Assembly: GCA_001816655.1 (NCBI GenBank)
Contig: MHCP01000025.1
Span: 14,428-78,427 of the forward strand
Reading direction: 5' to 3'
Origin: Candidatus Woykebacteria bacterium RBG_13_40_15
GTDB lineage: Bacteria; Patescibacteriota; Microgenomatia; Woykebacterales; RBG-16-39-9b
DNA length: 64,000 nucleotides
In this document: positions 55,540-63,944 of the stretch, in pieces
Position numbering within the stretch: position 1 is the first letter of the stretch
How the letters are laid out: the number at the start of each line of letters is the position of its first letter
Translations under genes and position numbers: made by a program
The notes under the pieces: generated by a model
Databases searched by the model: none
What the model saw: the letters and a program-made list of their open reading frames with translations, nothing else
What the model was told of the DNA's origin: nothing

Positions 55540-56322
55540 TTACTGAATCTTTTTGGCTCTTTCGACTACACTTTCTTGTGTTTCAAGTTCTAGGCTGTCA
55601 TCGATCGGTTCTAAAACAACATGTCCGTATTTTCTCTCCAGCGCTCGCTCGATTAAAAGATCTGCAAACTGGGGATTTTTAGGCAGCAGTGGGCCGTGTA
55701 AATAACAGCCAAAGACATTGCCCTGATACGCCCCTTCTGTGCGGTCTTCACCGTTGTTACCAAACCCAACTACAACGTTTCCTAATGGGGCGGCCCTTTT
55801 TCCTAAATATGTTTTTCCACTATGATTTTCAAAACCGACTATTAGTTTTCTGTCCATGTTTAATTTCTCATTTGTCTCAGCCACAATATTTCCTATCATT
55901 CTTTTGTTCCCCGCAATGGTTACGATATCTAAAATACCTATTCCTGGAATATCCATTTCGTTTGCCGGTCTGTAATAGTGGCCGAAAAGTTGGAAACCTC
56001 CACAAATTCCTAGAAAAACAGAGCCTAAACGAGCGGCTTTTCTCAATGGGTCCCTTTTTACTTTTTGGAGATCTTCAGAGATAATTTTTTGTGCTTGGTC
56101 TTGACCGCCGCCAAAAAAATAAAGATCAATATATGCTGGATTTATTTTATCCCCCATATCTAATTCCTTTACAGTGACCTCAATTCCCCGCCATCGGCAA
56201 CGCTGCCAAAGCGTTAATATATTTCCCCGATCCCCATAAGTACTCATGTACTTTGGATAAAGCCAACCAATTATCAATCTTGTTTTTTTACTGCTGATTG
56301 TGGGTTGCTGTTCTTTATTCAC
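55540..56322 (-). CDS. gatD: lipid II isoglutaminyl synthase, glutaminase subunit GatD (CobB/CobQ-type GATase)
   Basis: GICGGFQLFG (catalytic Cys), HGPLLPKNP (His). Immediately downstream of murT. Confidence 0.75.
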   Translation of the reverse strand: MNKEQQPTISSKKTRLIIGWLYPKYMSTYGDRGNILTLWQRCRWRGIEVTVKELDMGDKINPAYIDLYFFGGGQDQAQKIISEDLQKVKRDPLRKAARLGSVFLGICGGFQLFGHYYRPANEMDIPGIGILDIVTIAGNKRMIGNIVAETNEKLNMDRKLIVGFENHSGKTYLGKRAAPLGNVVVGFGNNGEDRTEGAYQGNVFGCYLHGPLLPKNPQFADLLIERALERKYGHVVLEPIDDSLELETQESVVERAKKIQ

Positions 56323-56327
56323 TGTTT

Positions 56328-57701
56328 CTAATCCTCCCAGAACTGGCTACTTACTCCCGCCTCTGCTAATATTTTTTTAAGTTTTAGCATCGCGGTGTAT
56401 GTGGGTAGGATATACAAGGTGTCACCTATCTGGGTGCCATCGATAGCTTTCGCTACAGCTGTTTCCAAATTGTCGTCGATGTGAGTCTCCAATTTTTTTG
56501 CTCCAGTATATTTTAATCTTAAAGCCATATCAGAGGCTCTTATTCCACTTATCCAAACCTTTCGGATTTTGCTTACTATAAATTCAAAATCTACATCCCA
56601 AAGCCAGGATACATCTTTTCCGTCAGCTATAAGGTCGTTAATAGCGATCAAAATATTCTTTTTTCCGCTGCCTTCAAAAACTGTTCTTATTACTTCATTG
56701 AATCCAGTTGGATTTTTAACGAGTCCAATAAAAATTTTTTTGCCGTCCAACTCTAAGCGTTCTGTTCTTCCAAAAGCTGGAGTAGAAAGTTCCAGCGCTT
56801 CTTTTATTTTTTCTAACTTTATGCCTAAAACAATTCCAGCCGTAGCAGCTGCAAGACAATTATAAACATTGTAAAGACCAGGAAGTTGGCTTTTTATTTT
56901 TATTTCTCCTTTTGGTGTTGAAATTGTTGCTTCAAAACCTTTTTCTGCAATTAATTTAACGCTGCTAGCATAAATATCTGGTTTTGGTCTAATAAGGCTG
57001 CAATCTGGGCATCTATACTTACCAAGATGAGCCATATAAACCTCATCGAAAGTCAGCTGCTTTCCGCAGGCGATGCAATTCGTAAAGTCTGAAGCGTGTG
57101 GCGGTTTACCTATTGAAAGATTTTTGTCTTCAAGACCAAAATAAATAACAGTTGCTTTACTTCCCTTTCCAAGGTGCGCTACTGAGTGATCATCCGAATT
57201 TAAAATAATTACACTTTTAGGATCTAAGTGGATGAGGGCTTTCTGCCAGATAGACCTTATTTTGTCTACCTCCCCGTAGCGATCTAGCTGATCTCTGAAC
57301 AGATTATTAAAGATAATAATATTTGGGTTTGTTTGCCTAATCGCAGAAGGCAGGGTGGCTTCGTCGGCCTCTAGTAGCGCGATATTAGTATTTCGATTAC
57401 CAAAATTATCAATCAATGCGCCGATTATGCCACGCAGCAGATTAGATCCCGAGCGATTGTGAATAAAGGAAAATCCCCCATACTCTAGGATGTTACCCAA
57501 AAGTCTCGCTGTTGTTGTCTTACCGTTTGTGCCTGTGACGAAAATTAATGATGTGTAATATTTTGCTAATTTCTGTAGCGCAGTAGAATCGATATATTCT
57601 GCTAAAAGCCCAGGCGCCGCAGTCGCGCCGCCACCAAGTAGTCTGATAGTAGTACGCAGAGTTTTAGAAGCTATTACAGCCGTAAATAAACGAGCATCCA
57701 C
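56328..57701 (-). CDS. murT: lipid II isoglutaminyl synthase MurT (Mur ligase family with Cys4 zinc ribbon and DUF1727)
   Basis: Mur-ligase P-loop FVTGTNGKTTTARLLG, CIACGKQL...YRCPDCS zinc ribbon, C-terminal DUF1727-like region. Confidence 0.8.
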   Translation of the reverse strand: MDARLFTAVIASKTLRTTIRLLGGGATAAPGLLAEYIDSTALQKLAKYYTSLIFVTGTNGKTTTARLLGNILEYGGFSFIHNRSGSNLLRGIIGALIDNFGNRNTNIALLEADEATLPSAIRQTNPNIIIFNNLFRDQLDRYGEVDKIRSIWQKALIHLDPKSVIILNSDDHSVAHLGKGSKATVIYFGLEDKNLSIGKPPHASDFTNCIACGKQLTFDEVYMAHLGKYRCPDCSLIRPKPDIYASSVKLIAEKGFEATISTPKGEIKIKSQLPGLYNVYNCLAAATAGIVLGIKLEKIKEALELSTPAFGRTERLELDGKKIFIGLVKNPTGFNEVIRTVFEGSGKKNILIAINDLIADGKDVSWLWDVDFEFIVSKIRKVWISGIRASDMALRLKYTGAKKLETHIDDNLETAVAKAIDGTQIGDTLYILPTYTAMLKLKKILAEAGVSSQFWED

Positions 57702-57726
57702 GCTAGAATTATATCATCTAGCGACT

Positions 57727-58281
57727 TTATTCGTACTGACCAATCACATTCATCCAAGAGTCAACCCTAGTTGCCCATGTGCGAGAGGCTGCATAGTAGG
57801 GACCGATTTTCCAAGGTGTAATTTTTCCAAGGCTCCCCCAGCGCGATTTTATATTGAATGCAACAAACTCGCTAGACTCGCTCCAGTTGCCGAAATAAGC
57901 ATTTCCATTGTTCCAGCCGTATGGATTGTACGAGCCGCCTGGGATCATGCGGCCAAACTGCGACTCAACGCCTGAAATTGCTGGGAGTAGTCTCCAATCT
58001 AGATCGTATCTATCTGCAACCTCAATATAATTACTAGCTTCAGATGCGAGGGAGGAACCTTGTGCTAAGAGAAATTTTTCTAGTCTTTCTTTTCGATTGT
58101 CCTTGCGTGCTTTTATGGTTATAGTAAGCACATTTTGGTTGATTTTTGAAGAAACAGTGGACAAAGACTTTTCATCATAAGCCTTCAAACTATCTTGAGA
58201 TTTTGAAATTGTGGGGCTAACCAATAAAGCTGCAATTGCTATAAAGGTTATGGCAGATACCCGTAATGGTATATTTAACAT
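57727..58281 (-). CDS. secreted lysozyme-like / lytic-transglycosylase-like protein, paralogue A
   Basis: Signal peptide. DLDWRLLPAISGVESQFGRMIPGGSYNPYGWNNG is shared with the next gene (LDWRLLPAI..QES..G.......YNP.GW). The ES motif resembles the lysozyme-like catalytic Glu. Confidence 0.4.
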   Translation of the reverse strand: MLNIPLRVSAITFIAIAALLVSPTISKSQDSLKAYDEKSLSTVSSKINQNVLTITIKARKDNRKERLEKFLLAQGSSLASEASNYIEVADRYDLDWRLLPAISGVESQFGRMIPGGSYNPYGWNNGNAYFGNWSESSEFVAFNIKSRWGSLGKITPWKIGPYYAASRTWATRVDSWMNVIGQYE

Positions 58282-58311
58282 GCTGCCCCGATTAGATCGG
58301 GGCTTCGAGAG

Positions 58312-58343
58312 TCAAAAAAAACTTTCGCCTGATTTTGCGAAAG
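58312..58343 (-). terminator. intrinsic terminator (ctttcgc...gcgaaag + U8) after the 58394-58990 gene
   Basis: 7-bp stem followed on the minus strand by gtttttttt. Confidence 0.6.
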
Positions 58344-58393
58344 TGAAGTGTGGATTTTAGCAAAGGATAGTAGGTATGTCAAGTTTTCATGTA

Positions 58394-58990
58394 TTAATAC
58401 TCGTTTGCTGAAATCTCATTCATAGCCGCTTTTACGGCGAAAACCCATCTGGGACTACTTTCCGCTGCTGTATATTTAGAAACAATTGTTTCAGGTTCAG
58501 TAAGGCCCTTGTCGGAATAATTTTTCTTAAAGCTTGCAGCAACAAGATTTATTGCTTCATCCCAGCTACTAAATCCTATTTTCGATCCTGGGTATATAGC
58601 CCAACCAAATGGGTTGTATGTTCCGGCTGGTGCTTTTTTTCCTAAATTTGATTCCTGGAAAGCAATAGCGGGTAGTAATCTCCAGTCCAGACCGTGTTTA
58701 TCTGCAGCTTCAACAAAAGTATTTCCAAGGCCAATCATTGGAGAGCGGTGTTTTGCTAGGAATTTATCAATTAAAGCGGCTCTACTATCTTTAGCATCAA
58801 TTGTTGATAACACTTTACTTGTGTTTTTTGAGGTTTCCTCATACAGATTTCGAGATGAGCCAGCTATAAAAAGGTTAATGTCCTGGCTCTTTACAATACT
58901 AGAAAAAGAAATCAAAACCAAAAAGAAAAAAACAAACAAAATTATCGGCCAAAAAAAGAGAATTAAAAGAAATTTGGTAGTCTTGCCCAT
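58394..58990 (-). CDS. secreted lysozyme-like / lytic-transglycosylase-like protein, paralogue B
   Basis: Signal/TM anchor, GLDWRLLPAIAFQESNLGKKAPAGTYNPFGW. A minus-strand TTGACA-17-TAGTAT promoter lies about 59000-59035. Confidence 0.45.
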   Translation of the reverse strand: MGKTTKFLLILFFWPIILFVFFFLVLISFSSIVKSQDINLFIAGSSRNLYEETSKNTSKVLSTIDAKDSRAALIDKFLAKHRSPMIGLGNTFVEAADKHGLDWRLLPAIAFQESNLGKKAPAGTYNPFGWAIYPGSKIGFSSWDEAINLVAASFKKNYSDKGLTEPETIVSKYTAAESSPRWVFAVKAAMNEISANEY

Positions 58991-59060
58991 TTAATTAATC
59001 TATACTATCAATAGAATTTTATTTTTGTCAAAGAGTTTCAAGAAATATAGGATACAAAAA

Positions 59061-59135
59061 TGGAGCGCGAGACGGGATTTGAACCCGTGGCCTTCTCCTT
59101 GGCAAGGAGACGCTCTACCGCTGAGCTACTCGCGC
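59061..59135 (-). tRNA. tRNA-Gly (anticodon GCC), CCA encoded
   Basis: RC: GCGCGAG-UA-GCUCAGCGGUAGAGC-G-UCUCC-UUGCCAA-GGAGA-AGGCC-ACGGGUUCAAAUCCCGU-CUCGCGC-U-CCA. Confidence 0.85.
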
Positions 59136-59167
59136 GTGTAAGTTGCAATTATTATAACATAGCGAGG

Positions 59168-60349
59168 TTAAGCTGGCGTTTGCTTAAATCTGTAAAATTG
59201 AAGTATCCCAACTGCAAATATTAGTACTGGTACTACCAGTAACCAAGCCTTTGCAACTTGAAGTTGGTTTGTAGGTGTAAAAAATGCGAATAGAATAAGA
59301 TAAGTTGCGAACCTGCCAAGATCCAAGACGGTTTCCCTCTCAATTAGGAAATGGTATTTATTTTGCCAAGAACCTTCTGCTTCATCTATCGTATCGAAGT
59401 AACTTTTTTTAAGCGTAATATCTATTAGTGGGTAAAAAATGTAAAACAAGGTAACTAAAATAATTATTCCAATAAAATTTTGCATGAAGAAGAATATTAG
59501 TATTCCCAATGGTGGAAAAATCATCCCAAGTAAAATTGATTTTCTGTTTTTCTGAAGTATTCGTATCGCCATAATGTTGGCTATTGCAAATACTACACCG
59601 GCTAGGGAGTTCAGCAAACCGAGTGTGAACTCTTGTTTCACGATTACGAAGATGAGAATTATTATAATTAAACCAAGCGAGGTATCCCAAAAACCATTTA
59701 AAAACTGTTGGGAGAGAACGATTTTCCAGTTTCGGCCTCTGATATGTTCGAAAATGTGTAAGACGGAGAAATCCACTCCTTTATGTTCTGGTAGCTTCGC
59801 AGCTTCTAGGAAAGTAAAAAACATAAAAATGGAAACAATCGAAAAGACAACGGTATACCCAAGCAATTTAGTTGCCAAAATGCCCGATAAACCAATAATC
59901 GCTCCACTAATAAGAGGGCCGGAGATGTTGGCGATAGTACCTAAAAAATTTTGTCTGCCAAAGAAAGCGTGTCGGGAAGTTTCTTCCGTAAGTATAAATT
60001 GAGAGAGATTAAAACCAGGCCAGAAATTGCCAGCGGCCGCTCCAGCAAGTATACCAAGTGGAATCAGATAATTAATTGCCTGCTCTCTTAGAATTACAAC
60101 CGAAAGATAGCATAAGGAACCAGCTAGTAAACCGAATCTAATTAATTGGGTCGAAGAAAATCTTCGCAGAGACCAAGCAGAAATTACATAAAAGATATAA
60201 AGAGAGATTAAAGCGATTAAATTGTAGGTGATGGTAGCTTTAAACCCACCCAGAGTAAATAAAAAAACGTTAAGGAAAATGCCAGCTAAAGCGTTAGCTG
60301 TGTAGTAAAGCCATAAAATTTTGTTAAGGAGATTTTCCTCTTTTGACAT
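59168..60349 (-). CDS. MFS-type transporter (12 TM)
   Basis: Two six-helix halves, with a GRQNFLG-like loop motif between TM2 and TM3. Confidence 0.6.
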   Translation of the reverse strand: MSKEENLLNKILWLYYTANALAGIFLNVFLFTLGGFKATITYNLIALISLYIFYVISAWSLRRFSSTQLIRFGLLAGSLCYLSVVILREQAINYLIPLGILAGAAAGNFWPGFNLSQFILTEETSRHAFFGRQNFLGTIANISGPLISGAIIGLSGILATKLLGYTVVFSIVSIFMFFTFLEAAKLPEHKGVDFSVLHIFEHIRGRNWKIVLSQQFLNGFWDTSLGLIIIILIFVIVKQEFTLGLLNSLAGVVFAIANIMAIRILQKNRKSILLGMIFPPLGILIFFFMQNFIGIIILVTLFYIFYPLIDITLKKSYFDTIDEAEGSWQNKYHFLIERETVLDLGRFATYLILFAFFTPTNQLQVAKAWLLVVPVLIFAVGILQFYRFKQTPA

Positions 60350-60350
60350 G

Positions 60351-61406
60351 TTAGTCTTCCCAATAGCCGTAGCGTACTCTTCGCAGAAGTCTGCGAGCCT
60401 TTTCGGTGGCTTTATATATGTAGTACTTTGAGCTTAATGGGTAGTCTTGAGCTCGGATGTAGGAATATTTAAAGCCACCAAAGCCCCGTTTAAATAAACT
60501 AAAGCCATACCATGGATGCCCATGGTAAAAATGTTTATCTTTTACCACCCCCCAGAAGTTGTAATATTTACAGCCTCGCCGCTTTGCCTCTTTTATAGCC
60601 TCCCATTGAAGCAAATAACCGACGGAGCTTCCCTTTTCAGCTGGTAGCGAAGCGCCATGCAGGTAACAAGCTGCCTCTCCATAAAACGAAATTATAGCCA
60701 TTGCCTGTGTTTTGCTGCCTTTTTTGGAGATGAATATTTTTTGTTCGTTTTCCCCACCCAAAATTTCAAATTGTTTGATGTAGTATTCCTTTGGATGGTT
60801 TATAAAACCTTTCCTGGTTGCGGTGCTATAAAGAAGGCCAACAAACTTTTTTGCGTCAGGGACTTTATTTGACTGTTCGATTTTTACACCTTGTTTTTCT
60901 TCTGCTCGTATTAGATAGCGGGTGGTTTTTCGCATGTCGTTTAGTAATTCGTCTTCTGTTTTTTCAAGCGGTAGCAGCCAGGCATCTTCTACCTGGATAA
61001 AAGTTTCCGCCGAGACAAATTTTCGTTCTTTAAATTCGTTGTAAATAGGCTCTTCCGCAGGCAAAAGAGGATCTGTTTTTACAAAAATTGCAGCTTCTTT
61101 CTTTGCGATATCTTTAATTTTCTCGAAAAGGTGGTCAAATTCTTTCCAATTTTTCCAGTAGAGAATAGGCCCCCTAGGAGCGTATAGGTAGTTACCGAAA
61201 CGACTTTGGTATTTGATTAACAAACAAATTCCGATTAACTTATCGTTTTCGAAAAGCCCGAGACGCCAGATTTTTCTGCCTAAAGCAGAATTAAACTCTC
61301 CCCAATTCCAGGATTGGAGAAAAGTATTTGGTGAAGCGTTTAAGGAAAAATTTTCCCAGGTTTCTTTGTTTGTAATTTCGCGAACAGAGTAGTTCATTTG
61401 CCCCAA
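60351..61406 (-). CDS. FemAB-family aminoacyltransferase (peptidoglycan interpeptide bridge formation)
   Basis: TFLQSWNWGEF is the hallmark FemABX N-terminal motif. GNAT-like twin domains, about 350 aa. Confidence 0.75.
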   Translation of the reverse strand: MGQMNYSVREITNKETWENFSLNASPNTFLQSWNWGEFNSALGRKIWRLGLFENDKLIGICLLIKYQSRFGNYLYAPRGPILYWKNWKEFDHLFEKIKDIAKKEAAIFVKTDPLLPAEEPIYNEFKERKFVSAETFIQVEDAWLLPLEKTEDELLNDMRKTTRYLIRAEEKQGVKIEQSNKVPDAKKFVGLLYSTATRKGFINHPKEYYIKQFEILGGENEQKIFISKKGSKTQAMAIISFYGEAACYLHGASLPAEKGSSVGYLLQWEAIKEAKRRGCKYYNFWGVVKDKHFYHGHPWYGFSLFKRGFGGFKYSYIRAQDYPLSSKYYIYKATEKARRLLRRVRYGYWED

Positions 61407-62584
61407 TTGTTGATAAAATCAACTACTTTTCCTGCTTCTTCAAACGAAATACCTAAATAATTCGGAAGATCTATTGTTTCCATCGCTGCTTTTTCTGCAT
61501 TCGGGCAAGATCCAACCTCGTAGCCCAATTTTTCTTTGTCTGCAGCTTCCGGATAAATTGGGCAGTTGTACCAGTTTCCAAACCAAAAGCCTCTTTTTCT
61601 AGCTTGAGCTAAGATTTCAGGAGCATCCTTGTGAAGAGCGACAACTCTTAAATAAATACCATCATGAGCTGGCAAAAGACTAAAATCAGGATTTTTTATA
61701 TTTTTTAGATAATAATATGCCACTTCGTTTCGCTGCCGGTTATATTTATCTAGATTTTCAAATTCGCTGATCGCAAGGCGGGCCAAAGCATTTGGAAAGC
61801 TGGCTGGATACCAGAAAGGTTTCTCCCCAACAAGCTCCTTTTTGCTTGTAACTACATTGATAAAATCAAATTTATAAAGAAATTTAATTAACTTATCTCC
61901 CGTTTTATTGAAATAAATTTTACGAAAAATAGTCCTCCAGCTAAAAAAGTTTAAAACTTCCTTGATAAGCTGTCTTCTTGAAAAAGGTGGCAAGCTTGAG
62001 ATGAACAGCGAAACTTCCTTCTCCAATTTTGAGTTATTAACGACCAATGCCCCGCCAGTAAGGCACGAAATTACCTTTTCTCGGCCAAAAGAAAGGATAG
62101 CTGCATCGCCAAATGTTCCAAGTCTCCTTTCTTTGTAAAGCGCACCAAGGCTGTGGGCACAGTCCTCTAAAACGTAGATTCCCCACTTTTTTGCTAGTTC
62201 TAAAATTTTTTCCATTTCTGCTGATCGGCCAAAAGTGTGTTGGATAATAATTAATTTTGTTTTTGAGGATATTTTGGAAGCTAAATCGTCAATAGCAGCG
62301 TTCAAGGTTTCTGGGTCTATATCAACATAAACAGGTTTTGCTCCTGCCCAAATGATTGGGTTAGGTACAGCGTTGCAGGTGTAAGCCTGGATAATTACTT
62401 CGTCACCTTCTCCTATTTTTAGCGCCTTCAAAAAACAATAAATAGCACTTCTGCCCGAATTAACAAGATGAACTTTGGTTTTGAAATAATCTTCAAGAAT
62501 AAAGCGGAATTTTTCACTGTCTTCCCCCTCTTGCCAGTTGTTTATGTTGAGAAGGGAGTTAAAAAGCACCATACTTTTTGTCAT
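61394..62584 (-). CDS. DegT/DnrJ/EryC1/StrS family PLP-dependent sugar aminotransferase
   Basis: LVNSGRSAIYCFLKAL...IIQHTFG...SFGREKVISCLTGGALV (PLP-Lys region). The start is set at the internal Met (62584) because the track's upstream extension runs through two tRNA genes. Confidence 0.75.
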   Translation of the reverse strand: MTKSMVLFNSLLNINNWQEGEDSEKFRFILEDYFKTKVHLVNSGRSAIYCFLKALKIGEGDEVIIQAYTCNAVPNPIIWAGAKPVYVDIDPETLNAAIDDLASKISSKTKLIIIQHTFGRSAEMEKILELAKKWGIYVLEDCAHSLGALYKERRLGTFGDAAILSFGREKVISCLTGGALVVNNSKLEKEVSLFISSLPPFSRRQLIKEVLNFFSWRTIFRKIYFNKTGDKLIKFLYKFDFINVVTSKKELVGEKPFWYPASFPNALARLAISEFENLDKYNRQRNEVAYYYLKNIKNPDFSLLPAHDGIYLRVVALHKDAPEILAQARKRGFWFGNWYNCPIYPEAADKEKLGYEVGSCPNAEKAAMETIDLPNYLGISFEEAGKVVDFINNWGK

Positions 62585-62599
62585 TTTAAACAATACCTT

Positions 62600-62673
62600 T
62601 GGCTGCGGAGCCAGGATTCGAACCTGGACAAACGGCTTCAAAGGCCGCTGTGCTACCATTACACAACTCCGCA
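62600..62673 (-). tRNA. tRNA-Gln (anticodon UUG), CCA encoded
   Basis: RC: UGCGGAG-UU-GUGUAAUGGUAGCACA-G-CGGCC-UUUGAAG-GCCGU-UUGUC-CAGGUUCGAAUCCUGG-CUCCGCA-G-CCA. Confidence 0.85.
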
Positions 62674-62674
62674 A

Positions 62675-62751
62675 TGGTCGGGGTGACACGATTCGAACGT
62701 GCGACCTCACGCTCCCAAAGCGCGCGCTCTAACCAACTGAGCTACACCCCG
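62675..62751 (-). tRNA. tRNA-Pro (anticodon UGG), CCA encoded
   Basis: RC: CGGGGUG-UA-GCUCAGUUGGUUAGAGC-G-CGCGC-UUUGGGA-GCGUG-AGGUC-GCACGUUCGAAUCGUGU-CACCCCG-A-CCA. Only 1 nt separates it from tRNA-Gln. Confidence 0.85.
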
Positions 62752-62754
62752 AAA

Positions 62755-62839
62755 TGGTGCCGCGGGGGAGAGTTGAACTCCCACGGGTTGCCCCACACGG
62801 TCCTAAACCGTGCGCGTCTGCCAATTCCGCCACCGCGGC
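62755..62839 (-). tRNA. tRNA-Leu (anticodon UAG), type II, CCA encoded
   Basis: About 90% identical to tRNA-Leu(CAG) at 55416-55500, differing in the anticodon arm, variable arm and one T-loop base. A minus-strand TTGAAA-17-TAAAAT promoter lies about 62850-62880. Confidence 0.85.
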
Positions 62840-62936
62840 AAGCGGAGCTAATTTTATCAAAATTCGGCTTTGCTTTCAATTGCTGAAATAAATTTTGTGA
62901 TACAATTAATTTGTAATCTTGACGGGGAGTTTAATT

Positions 62937-63545
62937 ATGAGAAACGAAAAAGGATTTTCAATTTTTGCACTTCTAATTGTTTTAGGATTAATAGCAGGTG
63001 TTGTGGCTGTTGGAATGTACGTTGCAGGAGGGCCTTCTCCACTGCTTAAATCCGTCGAACAAAAACTTAAATCAATAAAGGTACCAACTCCACTGATTGG
63101 AAATCTAACTCCCGCTCGCGATCTTCGCGGAACCTGGACCTCTTCGATCAGGGGTAAGGGCCTACAATTATATGGTAAATTTGCAACTGGGCCTGGGACC
63201 ACAACAATTTATGAAGAAGGCGACATTACATTGATAATCAACAAAGTATCAGGTAATACGGCTTCTGGCACCATTCGCTACACTAATCTTTGCTCAACAG
63301 GCAGTACAGCCGTTCCCGGTTACGGCAACATTACGGTACCAAAACAGTGCACTGCTGACACAGGCGCCAGCCCGATAAATATAAGGGTTAGCAGCAGTAG
63401 GCTGGACTTTGGTACGGTCAGCGCTGGTGGTGGTACTTTTTCCATGCAAGGTAATTTTACGACCTCTCTCATATCGGGAACAATGGTAGCGACCACTCCT
63501 TATGGAGATATCAAGGGAGAGTTCCACCTCATGCGAGCGCACTAG
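62937..63545 (+). CDS. hypothetical secreted/membrane-anchored protein with pilin-like hydrophobic N-terminus
   Basis: MRNEKG|FSIFALLIVLGLIAGVVAV (no Glu+5), Gly/Thr/Ser-rich beta domain, two Cys. RBS ggggag 7 nt upstream of the internal ATG chosen as the start. Confidence 0.45.
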   Translation: MRNEKGFSIFALLIVLGLIAGVVAVGMYVAGGPSPLLKSVEQKLKSIKVPTPLIGNLTPARDLRGTWTSSIRGKGLQLYGKFATGPGTTTIYEEGDITLIINKVSGNTASGTIRYTNLCSTGSTAVPGYGNITVPKQCTADTGASPINIRVSSSRLDFGTVSAGGGTFSMQGNFTTSLISGTMVATTPYGDIKGEFHLMRAH

Positions 63546-63623
63546 CTAAATTCATAGATTTCCATTACGGGTTGGACATGACTGCTTGTTTGCGCTAAGT
63601 ATTTTATGGTTTAATTTATCCAG

Positions 63624-63944
63624 ATGATTCTAAAAGAAATAATAAGTAAAATTAGGCTCAACCAGTATGACCTTTCGGAGCATGCACATGTTGAAAGACA
63701 AGTAGAACATATAACAGTAAAGGAAATCGAAGAAACAATTTTATTCGGCGAGATTATCGAGAATTACCCGCAAGATCCTAGAGGCGAAAGTGTTCTAGTT
63801 GGTGCAAAACTCAAAAATAGGAGCTTGCATGTTGTCTGTGGTAAAAAAGATGATAGAATATTGATAATAACGGTTTATGAGCCCAAGACTCCTAAATGGT
63901 TGGATTATAAAACAAGGAGTAGAAAGGTAAAAAGTCGGCTATGA
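63624..63944 (+). CDS. DUF4258 domain protein (toxin-like component of a two-gene module)
   Basis: About 100-aa protein. Its fold and length, and its 4-nt overlap (ATGA) with a downstream zinc-finger gene, are typical of DUF4258 / YgiT-type pairs. Confidence 0.5.
   Translation: MILKEIISKIRLNQYDLSEHAHVERQVEHITVKEIEETILFGEIIENYPQDPRGESVLVGAKLKNRSLHVVCGKKDDRILIITVYEPKTPKWLDYKTRSRKVKSRL

Noticed and set aside
62585-62710. N-terminal 42-codon extension of the DegT aminotransferase ORF (track entry 61394-62710)
   Set aside because: The extension (MRSHVRIVSPRPLRSCVMVAQRPLKPFVQVRILAPQPKV...) is simply the translation of tRNA-Gln and tRNA-Pro, which occupy 62600-62751 on the same strand. DegT-family alignment begins at the internal Met (62584).
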